Assembly: GCA_900547565.1 (NCBI GenBank)
Contig: URHI01000001.1
Location: 3,533 to 67,532, forward strand
DNA from: an uncultured Eubacteriales bacterium
GTDB taxonomy: Bacteria > Bacillota > Clostridia > Oscillospirales > CAG-272
DNA: 64,000 nucleotides
Reading direction: 5' to 3'
In this document: positions 43,706 through 53,189 of the stretch, piece by piece
Layout of the letters: every line of letters starts with the position of its first letter
Position numbering within the stretch: the stretch's first letter is position 1
Translations under genes and position numbers: made by a program
Notes under the pieces: model-generated
What the model was told of the DNA's origin: nothing
The model's input: only the letters and a program-made list of their open reading frames with translations
The model's database searches: none

Positions 43706-46096
43706 ATGTACAGAGTCGTAAAAAGAGACGGCAAGATCGCAGACTTCAACATAGAGAAGATCAGCGAAGCCATTACCAAGGCGTTCGATGCCACCCAGAA
43801 GCCCTATACCCCCAACATCATTGACTTTCTCGCTCTTAAAGTAACCGCCGATTTTGCCCCTAAGGTAAAGGACGAGTTAATCGCTGTCGAGGACATTCAG
43901 GACAGCGTTGAGGAGGTCCTGAGTCAGGCGGGCTACGGCGATGTGGCAAAGGCCTATATTCTTTACCGCCGCAACCGCGAAAAGCTGCGTACCATGAGTA
44001 ACACAATACTTGACTACAAAAACGTCGTCGACAGCTACCTCAAGGCCGCAGACTGGCGCGTCAAGGAAAACTCCACCGTCACCTACTCGGTCGGCGGACT
44101 TATTCTCTCCAACTCGGGTGCAATCACCGCCAACTACTGGCTCAGCGAGGTGTACGACGATGAAATCGCCAACGCTCACCGCTCGGCCGATATCCATATT
44201 CACGACCTGTCCATGCTGACCGGTTACTGTGCCGGCTGGAGTCTGAAGCAGCTGATACAGGAGGGGCTCGGCGGAATTCCCGGCAAGATCTCGTCCTCTC
44301 CCGCCGCACATCTGTCCACGCTGTGCAATCAGATGGTCAACTTTCTCGGAATCATGCAGAATGAGTGGGCCGGTGCTCAGGCCTTCTCGTCGTTTGACAC
44401 CTATCTTGCCCCCTTCGTCAAGGTGGATAACCTGACCTACAAGGAAGTCAAGCAGTGCATACAGTCGTTTGTGTACGGTGTCAACACTCCGTCACGTTGG
44501 GGTACTCAGGCTCCCTTCACCAACATCACACTGGACTGGACGGTCCCGGCAGATCTCGCAGACCTCAACTGCATTGTCGGAGGCAAGGAATGTAACTTCA
44601 AATACCGTGACTGTGTGGCAGAGATGGCCATGGTCAACAAAGCATTCATCGAGATCATGATCGAGGGAGACGCCAACGGACGCGGCTTCCAGTACCCCAT
44701 TCCCACCTACTCGATCACGCGCAACTTCGACTGGTCGGAGACCGAAAACAACAAACTGCTGTTTGAAATGACCGCCAAGTACGGTACGCCCTATTTCTCA
44801 AACTATATCAACTCGGATATGGAGCCTTCGGACGTGCGTTCGATGTGCTGCCGCTTGCGGCTTGACCTGCGCGAACTGCGCAAAAAATCCGGCGGCTTCT
44901 TCGGCTCAGGCGAATCAACCGGTTCTATCGGTGTGGTTACTATCAATATGCCGCGTCTTGCATACCTTGCAGAAGACGAGGCTGACTTCTACCGCCGCCT
45001 TGACCGCATGATGGACATTTCGGCACGTTCGCTTAAGGTCAAGAGAACGGTCATTACACGTCTGCTTGAAGCCGGACTGTACCCCTACACCCGCCGCTAT
45101 CTCGGCAAATTTGACAATCACTTCTCAACCATCGGCCTTGTCGGCATGAACGAGGCCGGACTGAATGCCAACTGGCTCCGTGCCGATATGACACACAAGG
45201 AAACCCAGGAATTCACCAAAAACGTTCTCAATCACATGAGAGAGCGCCTGTCTGATTACCAGGAGAAATACGGTGACCTGTACAACCTCGAGGCCACTCC
45301 CGCCGAGTCAACATCATACCGCCTTGCCAAGCACGATGTTGCAAAATATCCCGACATCATCACCGCAGCACAGAACGGCGGAACACCCTATTATACCAAC
45401 AGCTCGCACCTCCCTGTCAGCTTTACCTCTGATATTTTCGAGGCTTTGGATATACAGGACGAGCTTCAGACACTGTACACCTCGGGCACAGTTTTCCACG
45501 CCTTCCTCGGTGAGAAGCTGCCTGACTGGCGCGCTGCAGCAAATCTTGTCCGTAAAATTGCCGAAAACTACAAGCTGCCCTACTACACACTTTCACCCAC
45601 ATATTCGGTCTGCCGGAACCACGGCTATCTGCCGGGTGAGCAGTTCAAGTGCCCCGAGTGCGGCTCCGAGGCTGAGGTCTACAGCCGCATAACCGGATAT
45701 TATCGTCCCGTACAGAACTGGAACAGCGGAAAAGCGCAGGAGTATAAGGAAAGACGCGTGTACGATCCTGCAGCATCCGCGCTGCACACCAACCAAGTGG
45801 CGGCCGAAGCTGTTCACGAAATGCAGGAGGGTTGCTGCTGTGGGCATCACCAGACAGGACACCGCGTGATACTTTTTGCGACAAAAACCTGCCCCAACTG
45901 CAAAATAGCCGCTGCCAAGCTGGACAAGGCCGGGCTGGCATATGAAAAGATATATGCCGATGAAAATCCCGAGGCCGCAACGCAGTTCGGTATCCGTCAG
46001 GCGCCCACGATCGTGGTTGTGGAAGGCGACAGTATCGAAAAATTCGCAGGTCCCGGTCCGGTTCAGAGATTCATAGACGAGGCCGTCAAGGCCTGA
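43706..46096 (+). CDS. nrdD: Class III anaerobic ribonucleoside-triphosphate reductase with a fused C-terminal glutaredoxin/NrdH-like domain
   Basis: An ATP-cone N-terminus, the finger-loop region RSMCCRLRL, the Zn-ribbon CPECG and the glycyl-radical motif SRITGYYRPV. A linker EGCCCGHHQTG follows, then VILFATKTCPNCKIAAAKL...QAPTIVV (Trx fold, CxxC). Confidence 0.9.
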   Translation: MYRVVKRDGKIADFNIEKISEAITKAFDATQKPYTPNIIDFLALKVTADFAPKVKDELIAVEDIQDSVEEVLSQAGYGDVAKAYILYRRNREKLRTMSNTILDYKNVVDSYLKAADWRVKENSTVTYSVGGLILSNSGAITANYWLSEVYDDEIANAHRSADIHIHDLSMLTGYCAGWSLKQLIQEGLGGIPGKISSSPAAHLSTLCNQMVNFLGIMQNEWAGAQAFSSFDTYLAPFVKVDNLTYKEVKQCIQSFVYGVNTPSRWGTQAPFTNITLDWTVPADLADLNCIVGGKECNFKYRDCVAEMAMVNKAFIEIMIEGDANGRGFQYPIPTYSITRNFDWSETENNKLLFEMTAKYGTPYFSNYINSDMEPSDVRSMCCRLRLDLRELRKKSGGFFGSGESTGSIGVVTINMPRLAYLAEDEADFYRRLDRMMDISARSLKVKRTVITRLLEAGLYPYTRRYLGKFDNHFSTIGLVGMNEAGLNANWLRADMTHKETQEFTKNVLNHMRERLSDYQEKYGDLYNLEATPAESTSYRLAKHDVAKYPDIITAAQNGGTPYYTNSSHLPVSFTSDIFEALDIQDELQTLYTSGTVFHAFLGEKLPDWRAAANLVRKIAENYKLPYYTLSPTYSVCRNHGYLPGEQFKCPECGSEAEVYSRITGYYRPVQNWNSGKAQEYKERRVYDPAASALHTNQVAAEAVHEMQEGCCCGHHQTGHRVILFATKTCPNCKIAAAKLDKAGLAYEKIYADENPEAATQFGIRQAPTIVVVEGDSIEKFAGPGPVQRFIDEAVKA

Positions 46097-46259
46097 ACGA
46101 GATGCTCCGAACAGGCATCATTAAGTCGTAGCAGAATTCACTGTCCGAAATATAATGGCCTCGGCGGCCTTACATAACAACACACAGCCGGGGACTGTCG
46201 TCCGGCGCACAATGCGCCAAAATCGCAGCAGCCCCCGGTCATTGCATGAGGATATTATA

Positions 46260-47165
46260 ATGTATGATATAATTGTAATCGGCGGTGGCCCTGCCGGGCT
46301 GACCTCCGCACTTTACGCACTCCGTGCAGGCAAGCGGGTGCTAATAGTCGAACGCAGTGCCTTCGGCGGCCAGATGACCTACTCACCTAAAATTGAAAAC
46401 TACCCCGGCATCGCGTCGGCCAGCGGAAGTGAGATAGCAGACGCAATGGTAGACCAGGTATTAGGTCAGGGGGCGGACACCGAGTTTGACAACATTACCG
46501 GTATCCGTCGCGCGGATGACGGTAGCTTCACCGTTACCGGGGAGGGCGCCTCATATACCGGCCGTACGGTTATTATTTCGGTTGGGTGTCGTCACCGCCG
46601 TCTGGGACTTGACCGTGAGGAGGAGTTTATCGGTGACGGTATATCCTTCTGCGCCGTCTGTGACGGAGCGTTTTACAAGGACAAAACCGTAGCGCTCATC
46701 GGCGGCGGCAATTCGGCGCTTCAGGAGGCCATACTGCTGTCTGAAACCAGCCGAAAAGTCATCATCGTTCAGAATCTTGACTTTCTCACGGGCGAAGCCA
46801 GGCTGGCCGAACAGGTCAAAGCCCGGCCTAACATCGAAATAATATATGGCCACACGGCCGATTCACTCATTGCCGACACATCGCTGACCGGGTTGCGAAT
46901 AAAGTCGGAGTCAGGGCAAACACGCGAGCTAACAGTTGACGGAATATTCGTGGCCATAGGCCTTCAGCCTGAAAACGAACCCTTCGCCGGCCTTGCCGCG
47001 CTCAACGATTACGGATATTTTGACTCAGCCGAAGACTGTCTTACATCAACGCCGGGACTGTTTGTCGCGGGTGACTGCCGCTCAAAGCGCATACGTCAGG
47101 TCACGACAGCAACGGCCGACGGTGCCGTAGCCGCTCTTGCCGCCTGCCGGTATCTGGATAATTGA
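46260..47165 (+). CDS. trxB: Thioredoxin-disulfide reductase
   Basis: MYDIIVIGGGPAGLTSALYA, the redox motif CAVCDG and GGGNSALQEA. RBS gagga precedes the ATG at 46260. Confidence 0.88.
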   Translation: MYDIIVIGGGPAGLTSALYALRAGKRVLIVERSAFGGQMTYSPKIENYPGIASASGSEIADAMVDQVLGQGADTEFDNITGIRRADDGSFTVTGEGASYTGRTVIISVGCRHRRLGLDREEEFIGDGISFCAVCDGAFYKDKTVALIGGGNSALQEAILLSETSRKVIIVQNLDFLTGEARLAEQVKARPNIEIIYGHTADSLIADTSLTGLRIKSESGQTRELTVDGIFVAIGLQPENEPFAGLAALNDYGYFDSAEDCLTSTPGLFVAGDCRSKRIRQVTTATADGAVAALAACRYLDN

Positions 47166-47177
47166 GCTACTATATAA

Positions 47178-47217
47178 AAAATTCCTGCAGGGATACACCT
47201 GCAGGAATTTTTATTTT
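47178..47217 (+). terminator. Rho-independent terminator
   Basis: Stem aaaattcctgcagg / cctgcaggaatttt followed by a T-run. Confidence 0.8.
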
Positions 47218-47304
47218 CTGACCGGCAATGTGTCGATCAGGCAGTTCGTACATCTCGTACACTCAGTACTCATTTGTGTATTGGCTGTCCATATCGCTTC
47301 GACA

Positions 47305-48465
47305 CTACCTGAAATAGCGGATTGCACGGTGATTATCACGTATCAGTGTGAATATCTGACGCAGTGAGTGGGTAGAACAAAAGTGTACAAAGTCATCAAG
47401 TCCGTACGGCGACGGAACCGAAGCATACATTCTGCTCATAAGATCAGCCATACGGTAACTTATATCCGACAGCTGGCCGTCCAACTCCTCAATATAAGCC
47501 TCAAGCGAATCATAGCCCGCAATTTCGGCAAGCAACTTCTCATAAGCGCTGTATTTTTCAGAATACAGTCCATCAAACCCGGTAATGTGAAAGCCGTACT
47601 CAGAGTGGGCGTCACGAAACCATTCAAGACAGATGCGCAGCTTTTGGAGAGAACAATCCAGCGCGTCATCGGCAGCCTCGTCTGTGACGCGACGCGTTGT
47701 AACCACCATAGCCCCGCCGTCAAGTCCCGCATAATACACTGACTCCTGAACCTTTGACTTGTTATTCTGAAGCGTTGCAGAACCGCAAAAAAACATACCG
47801 TGCCACCATTTTCCGGTATAGCGATACGACTGGAGCTCAGGCTGAAAGCCTTGAATTACAATACGTATTCCCTGCTCTGCAAGCACCTGCAGGCAGAGCT
47901 CTGCGGCGTCGGCCTGCTCAAGATAATAAACCTGCGGCGGTGCAAAGCCTTGCTGAGCAAGACTGAATTTCACATCGGTTATGTACCGCCTAAAATTCCC
48001 TGCTGCACTTTCATCTGACAGATCAGCTCCCCCGTCACCGCCAAGCACCACGCGCCAACCGGCAGAAATCAGTTTGCCGTAATCGGACAGAGACAGTCCT
48101 CCGGACGTCCCCGGCAGAGTATCTCCCGTAACCATAAATGAACCCGTATATCCGAACTGTTTTATCAGCGGATAGGCGTTTTGCATGAGCGCACTGTCGG
48201 GCTGACGCAAAAGCAAAGTCACCGCAGCGCGACCGCTTGAGCGGTCGGCCGCCAGATTTTTTATATTGTTGCGCAGGCCGAGCAGCTGAAATGATTCTTT
48301 ATAATATAAACGCATCTGTCCATTTTCCGAATTAAGACATTCATACATTTCAGCCAGCCGACACTCGCCCACAAACAGCAAAAAAGCGACAACGAACGCC
48401 ATAAGCACGCATATCGTAATACATGCGCGTCTGACCTGTATTAAATTGTCTCTTTTTGTTTTCAT
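47305..48465 (-). CDS. Membrane-anchored hypothetical protein (degenerate polysaccharide-deacetylase-like region)
   Basis: An N-terminal TM helix (ITICVLMAFVVAFLLFV) is followed by AVTLLLRQPDS...YPLIKQFGYTGSFMVTG. This resembles the NodB layout but lacks the DD catalytic motif. Confidence 0.5.
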   Translation of the reverse strand: MKTKRDNLIQVRRACITICVLMAFVVAFLLFVGECRLAEMYECLNSENGQMRLYYKESFQLLGLRNNIKNLAADRSSGRAAVTLLLRQPDSALMQNAYPLIKQFGYTGSFMVTGDTLPGTSGGLSLSDYGKLISAGWRVVLGGDGGADLSDESAAGNFRRYITDVKFSLAQQGFAPPQVYYLEQADAAELCLQVLAEQGIRIVIQGFQPELQSYRYTGKWWHGMFFCGSATLQNNKSKVQESVYYAGLDGGAMVVTTRRVTDEAADDALDCSLQKLRICLEWFRDAHSEYGFHITGFDGLYSEKYSAYEKLLAEIAGYDSLEAYIEELDGQLSDISYRMADLMSRMYASVPSPYGLDDFVHFCSTHSLRQIFTLIRDNHRAIRYFR

Positions 48466-48481
48466 GAGCATTCCTGAAATA

Positions 48482-49438
48482 TTAATATTGTTTTGATCTA
48501 TTTCCCGGGTATACACCTGTAAGGTCAAATATCGGGGTAAAGCCGGCGCTGTCCGAGCCACTCTGCTGGCAATAGCCATCAAAGCCTAACCTGTCCGCCA
48601 CATCAACTACAGACCTGTACTCAAACGTAGTCAGCCGCCGGCCAAGCTCCGGGTATCGATCCCGATCGACAAAATCGGGCGTATACTGCCGCATAAGGCT
48701 CAGGCGTATATTGCCGACCGGGACCGCTTCCGCCAGCAGCCTGAGCACCCTCTCCGAGTCGTGCCGACACCCCGGCAGAACAAGATGACGAACCATTACC
48801 CCTCGCTTCATCATTCCGTCGTCGTCAAAACCGACCGGTCCGCACTGGCGGTACATCTCACAAATGGCATCATATGCGCGTTCCGGATAATCCGGTGCAC
48901 CGGAATAGCGCCTGGCAAGCTCCGCTGACGCATACTTGAAATCAGGCAGGTAAATGTCTATCAGTCCATCGAGCATGCGGAGCGTTTCTACGCTTTCATA
49001 ACCCCCGCAGTTGTATATGACGGGAATTTTCAGCCGCGGACGCACGCAAGTCAGCACACGGGCAAGTGCTTCTGAATATTGCGTAGGTGTTACAAGGTCA
49101 ATATTGTGTACTCCTGTATCCTGAAGCTCTAAAAAAATTTCGCCCAACCGTTGCTCGCTTACGACCGCACCGAAGCCTTCTCTGCTGAGCCGGCGGTTCT
49201 GACAGAAAACGCACCCCAGCGGACACCCTGCAAAAAACACAGCTCCCGCACCGCTACGGCCGCTGATACACGGTTCCTCCCACATGTGAGGAGCAGCACG
49301 TGCGACCACAATATCAGCATCCATACCGCACCGGCCGCACTGTCCGGCAGCTCTGTCCGCCCCGCATCCGCGCGGGCACAGTTTGCAGCCATCTGATTTC
49401 AACCTCAACACCTCTCTTACACCGATATTATACACCAT
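48482..49438 (-). CDS. Radical SAM protein, PflX-like (PFL-activase homolog)
   Basis: The N-terminus has CKLCPRGCGADR...GQCG, then the CPLGCVFCQN radical SAM motif. The start is uncertain: ATG at 49438 or TTG at 49468. Confidence 0.8.
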   Translation of the reverse strand: MVYNIGVREVLRLKSDGCKLCPRGCGADRAAGQCGRCGMDADIVVARAAPHMWEEPCISGRSGAGAVFFAGCPLGCVFCQNRRLSREGFGAVVSEQRLGEIFLELQDTGVHNIDLVTPTQYSEALARVLTCVRPRLKIPVIYNCGGYESVETLRMLDGLIDIYLPDFKYASAELARRYSGAPDYPERAYDAICEMYRQCGPVGFDDDGMMKRGVMVRHLVLPGCRHDSERVLRLLAEAVPVGNIRLSLMRQYTPDFVDRDRYPELGRRLTTFEYRSVVDVADRLGFDGYCQQSGSDSAGFTPIFDLTGVYPGNRSKQY

Positions 49439-49532
49439 CGCCACACGATATGCAAGTAAAATTACCAATCCGCTTTACAATCAGCCACTTTTTTGATATA
49501 ATTACATATGAAAAAACACAAGAGGTGATATC

Positions 49533-50795
49533 ATGCTAAGCATTTCAAGTGCAGAAATACTGTGTGTCGGCACCGAGCTTTTGCTGGGCGATATAGTCAA
49601 CACAAACGCGGCATATCTTTCCCGTCGTATGGCTGAGCTGGGTATATCGGTATACCGGCAGGGAGTGGTAGGCGACAACCCGGAAAGACTGACCGAAGCC
49701 ATAACCGAGTCACTGCGCCGGGCAGAGCTGGTAATCATGAGCGGAGGACTCGGTCCCACCTGCGATGACCTTACAAAGGAAACAGTTGCCCGGCTTTTCG
49801 GCCGTACAATGCAACTGCATCAGCCCTCGCTCGAGCGCATAAAGACATATTTTTCGCAGTGCGCCAAGCACATGACCGACAACAACGTCAAGCAGGCCAT
49901 GATGCCCCAGGGAGCCATAATTTTCCCCAACGACTACGGCACTGCGCCGGCACTGGCCATCGAAGGCTGTATTGACGGCATAAACGGAGAGCGTACCGTA
50001 ATAATGCTGCCGGGACCGCCCCGGGAGCTTGAACCGCTGTTTGACACTCAGGTTATGCCCTATCTCATACGCCGCACAGGGTCTGTGCTGGTGAGCCGGA
50101 ATATAAACATTCTCGGTATGGGTGAGTCAGCTGTTGAGGAGGTACTGCGGCCGCTGATGAACGGTTCGGCCAATCCGACATTGGCGCCGTACTGCGGCAC
50201 TGGAGAGGTGAGGCTGCGCGTCACCTCGCGCGCGCATGACGCTGCCACGGCAGGCGCGATGTGCGACGACATGGTAGCTACAATACGAAATACAGCTGTC
50301 GCACCGTATATTTACGACATCGATTCCCCGTCGATCGAGGACACCGTTATACGCCGACTTCGGGAGCGCGGCATGACTGTCAGCTGTGCAGAGTCCTGCA
50401 CGGGCGGGCTTGTTGCAAAGCGACTGACGGATATTGCAGGATGCTCCGATGTATTTATGGGAGGTTGCGTAACCTACGCGAACTCAGCCAAGGTAAATCT
50501 GCTTGGTATCGAGCCTGACGTGCTTGAGAGGTTCGGTGCGGTTTCAGAGCAGGTCGCGCTTCAGATGGCGCGCGGCGTGCGTCAACGGTTGGGAACTACG
50601 ATCGGCATATCAACGACCGGAATCGCAGGTCCGGGAGGCGGTACTCCTGATAAGCCGGTCGGAACTGTTTGGATAGCTATAAGTACTCCGGAACGTGAAT
50701 TTGCCCGTCTTCTCCATTTGTCATCAAAACGTGAACGTGCATATTTGCGCACGCTGGCCGCAAATCAGGCGCTGGCACTGGTATTTGAACTCTGA
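49533..50795 (+). CDS. cinA: Competence/damage-inducible protein CinA (MoCF-like plus PncC deamidase domains)
   Basis: AEILCVGTELLLGDIVNTNAAYL...GGLGPTCDDLT...SCAESCTGGLVA...GISTTGIAGPGGG. Confidence 0.9.
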   Translation: MLSISSAEILCVGTELLLGDIVNTNAAYLSRRMAELGISVYRQGVVGDNPERLTEAITESLRRAELVIMSGGLGPTCDDLTKETVARLFGRTMQLHQPSLERIKTYFSQCAKHMTDNNVKQAMMPQGAIIFPNDYGTAPALAIEGCIDGINGERTVIMLPGPPRELEPLFDTQVMPYLIRRTGSVLVSRNINILGMGESAVEEVLRPLMNGSANPTLAPYCGTGEVRLRVTSRAHDAATAGAMCDDMVATIRNTAVAPYIYDIDSPSIEDTVIRRLRERGMTVSCAESCTGGLVAKRLTDIAGCSDVFMGGCVTYANSAKVNLLGIEPDVLERFGAVSEQVALQMARGVRQRLGTTIGISTTGIAGPGGGTPDKPVGTVWIAISTPEREFARLLHLSSKRERAYLRTLAANQALALVFEL

Positions 50796-50831
50796 ATTCT
50801 GAATACAACGGGCGTTGCAGGATGTGCATAT

Positions 50832-51125
50832 ATGTTTGAGGTTTATTGGGGAAATGTCAATCTTGCGGTACTTACACTGATTATTTCAGTTGTATTTGTT
50901 TTGCCGGCTCAGCTTTTACTCTGCTTCAAAGCAAAGCGCCTTACTGTTCGCCTATTGCCTGTTATCATACTTTCAGGGCTTATTATTGCCTTTATTGTTA
51001 TGAATTTTGCGGCCATTGGTTGGGACAGATTGTTATATATCTTTTTTACTGTATACACCGCTTTTATGCTTTTTATGTGCTGTATAGGCTGGGGGATCTG
51101 GGCCATCGCCTGCAAGAAGGAATAA
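50832..51125 (+). CDS. Small hydrophobic membrane protein (hypothetical)
   Basis: 97 aa with three hydrophobic segments. I recognise no family. Confidence 0.4.
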   Translation: MFEVYWGNVNLAVLTLIISVVFVLPAQLLLCFKAKRLTVRLLPVIILSGLIIAFIVMNFAAIGWDRLLYIFFTVYTAFMLFMCCIGWGIWAIACKKE

Positions 51126-51275
51126 GTTATTTGAATTTACCGAATCAACTTATCTTCGCAGTCAAGAACAGAATTGTCCGGGATCGGACATATATATGTA
51201 ACTATACCATACCACATATAAACAGCAATTCGTTCGCGATTGCTTAACGACCGAATACCGGAAGAACGGTCCGAC

Positions 51276-51309
51276 AGAAAAGCATCCGTATCATAACGAT
51301 ACGGATGCT
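51276..51309. terminator. Bidirectional rho-independent terminator
   Basis: Perfect 12-bp stem agcatccgtatc / gatacggatgct. T-runs are present on both strands. Confidence 0.7.
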
Positions 51310-51338
51310 GAACTTTTTCCGGACAACGCCGTGCCTGA

Positions 51339-51749
51339 TTACTGTATATACTTTTTAAGCGACTCCGGTTCCTGGCCCTTGGGAATGGACGAGGTAATTA
51401 TTATGTTTACATTGGTCTTGTTGGCCAGCTGCTCCATTTCGTTAACCGCAGTCTCGAAAGCTGGCATATCGTTTTGACAGATCTTAAGTGCGGAATCTAT
51501 GAAAATCTCGGTCACATCGTGATTGCTGGCGATAATGCCGGAAAGGAAGCCGAACAGCGACTGCGCATCGTCAATCAAATACTCGTCTGTATTGATAAGG
51601 CGCACATTGTAGTTGATATCAAAGCGCAGCTTAATGCCCTTTTCTATGCACACTACGTTTCCGTTTGTCGCCTTAACAGCCTCGTTGACCATGCCGATGA
51701 GCATTTTTGTTTTGCCTGTTCCGGGAACACCGGTAATAAGTTTGATCAT
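51339..51749 (-). CDS. Mini P-loop NTPase (136 aa), hypothetical
   Basis: Walker A is GVPGTGKT. A Walker-B-like EIFIDSA is present. RBS ggagga. It starts 21 nt after the pgi stop. Confidence 0.6.
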   Translation of the reverse strand: MIKLITGVPGTGKTKMLIGMVNEAVKATNGNVVCIEKGIKLRFDINYNVRLINTDEYLIDDAQSLFGFLSGIIASNHDVTEIFIDSALKICQNDMPAFETAVNEMEQLANKTNVNIIITSSIPKGQEPESLKKYIQ

Positions 51750-51770
51750 TTTGTTCCTCCAAAAATATTT

Positions 51771-53105
51771 TTATGCTAATCTGTTTTCAAGTGCGGCCCG
51801 CGCCTCTTCAAAGCCGGGCTTGCCAAGCAGTGCAAACATGTTGTTTTTATAAGCCTCGACGCCGGGCTGATTGAAGGGATTTACACCAAGCAGATATCCC
51901 GAGATTGCGCAGGCAAGCTCGAAAAAGTATATCATACTGCCAAGATTGCGCGCGTCTCTTGCCTCAAGCTCAAGCACTATGTTGGGCACACCGCCGTCAA
52001 CATGCGCCAGCAATGTTCCCTGCTGTGCCATGGTGTTGACATAATACACCGACTTACCGGACAGGAAATTCAGTCCGTCGATATCGGCCGGATCATCGGG
52101 AATTACAACGTCGGCGTCGGGCGTTTTTATGGATATGACGGTCTCAAACTGGTTGCGCATACCATCCTGAATATACTGACCAAGAGAGTGAAGATCAGTT
52201 GAGAAAATGACGGACGAAGGATAAATACCTCTCTTGTCCTTACCCTCGCTCTCACCGTACAGCTGCTTCCACCATTCGCAGAACATCTGCATGTACTGCT
52301 CATAGCCCACAAGTATCTCGGTGACTTTTCCCTTGCGATACAATATATTTCTCAGCGCGGCGTAGCGGTAGCAGTCATTTGTTTTAATATCGGGATTGCC
52401 AAAACGGACTCTTGCGTCATTGGCACCTGCCATAAGCTCGTCAATGTCAATACCGGCAACGGCAATAGGAAGCAGCCCCACCGGTGTCAGCACTGAAAAT
52501 CGGCCGCCCACGTCATCAGGGACCACAAAGGTGGTATATCCCATACTGTCGGCAAAATGCTTGAGGTTTCCGCGCTCGCGGTCGGTAGTAATGAATATAC
52601 GTTGCTTTGCGCCTTCAACTCCGTACTGTTCCTCAAGCAGATTGCGGAAAATGCGGAATGCAATTGCCGGCTCGGTTGTCTTACCCGATTTGGAAATAAC
52701 ATTAATGCAGAATCTGCGTCCGCGGCAGATATCAACCAGCTCCTTTATTGCCAGGGCGCTGATATTATTGCCCGCAAAATAAATTTCGGGCATATCGTCA
52801 CAGAACTTATTGCACATGTTTGACTTGAGAAACTCAATCACAGCACGCGCGCCGAGGTAGGAGCCTCCGATGCCGATAACTACAAACACGTCGCAAATCT
52901 CTCTGATTTTTTTCGCAGTTTGCTTTATTTTGTCGAATTCGACACGGTCATAATTCTCCGGCAGGTTGACCCAGCCGAGAAAGTCATGTCCGGCACCGGT
53001 GCCTTGGCGAACCATATTATCCGCCGTGTACACCATTTCACTGATATTTGCCAGTTCTTGTTCGCTGACAAAGGGCTTTACATATTTTTCATTTAAACTG
53101 ATCAT
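51771..53105 (-). CDS. pgi: Glucose-6-phosphate isomerase (short Firmicute type)
   Basis: [10 protein letters not shown]...[14 protein letters not shown]...SKSGKTTEP...GGRFSVLT...GESEGK. Confidence 0.92.
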   Translation of the reverse strand: MISLNEKYVKPFVSEQELANISEMVYTADNMVRQGTGAGHDFLGWVNLPENYDRVEFDKIKQTAKKIREICDVFVVIGIGGSYLGARAVIEFLKSNMCNKFCDDMPEIYFAGNNISALAIKELVDICRGRRFCINVISKSGKTTEPAIAFRIFRNLLEEQYGVEGAKQRIFITTDRERGNLKHFADSMGYTTFVVPDDVGGRFSVLTPVGLLPIAVAGIDIDELMAGANDARVRFGNPDIKTNDCYRYAALRNILYRKGKVTEILVGYEQYMQMFCEWWKQLYGESEGKDKRGIYPSSVIFSTDLHSLGQYIQDGMRNQFETVISIKTPDADVVIPDDPADIDGLNFLSGKSVYYVNTMAQQGTLLAHVDGGVPNIVLELEARDARNLGSMIYFFELACAISGYLLGVNPFNQPGVEAYKNNMFALLGKPGFEEARAALENRLA

Positions 53106-53189
53106 ATTCCTTGCCTATTGTACCTTCTGTGGTTATCTTACTATAATAATACTATATTTCTGCTCTTTTTTCAAGGGCTTTTTAATTTT

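Noticed and set aside
50846-51247. 133-aa ORF overlapping 50832..51125 in another frame
   Set aside because: The overlapping 97-aa frame gives clean hydrophobic helices. The 133-aa frame is Cys/Tyr-rich and runs past the likely gene end toward the terminator.
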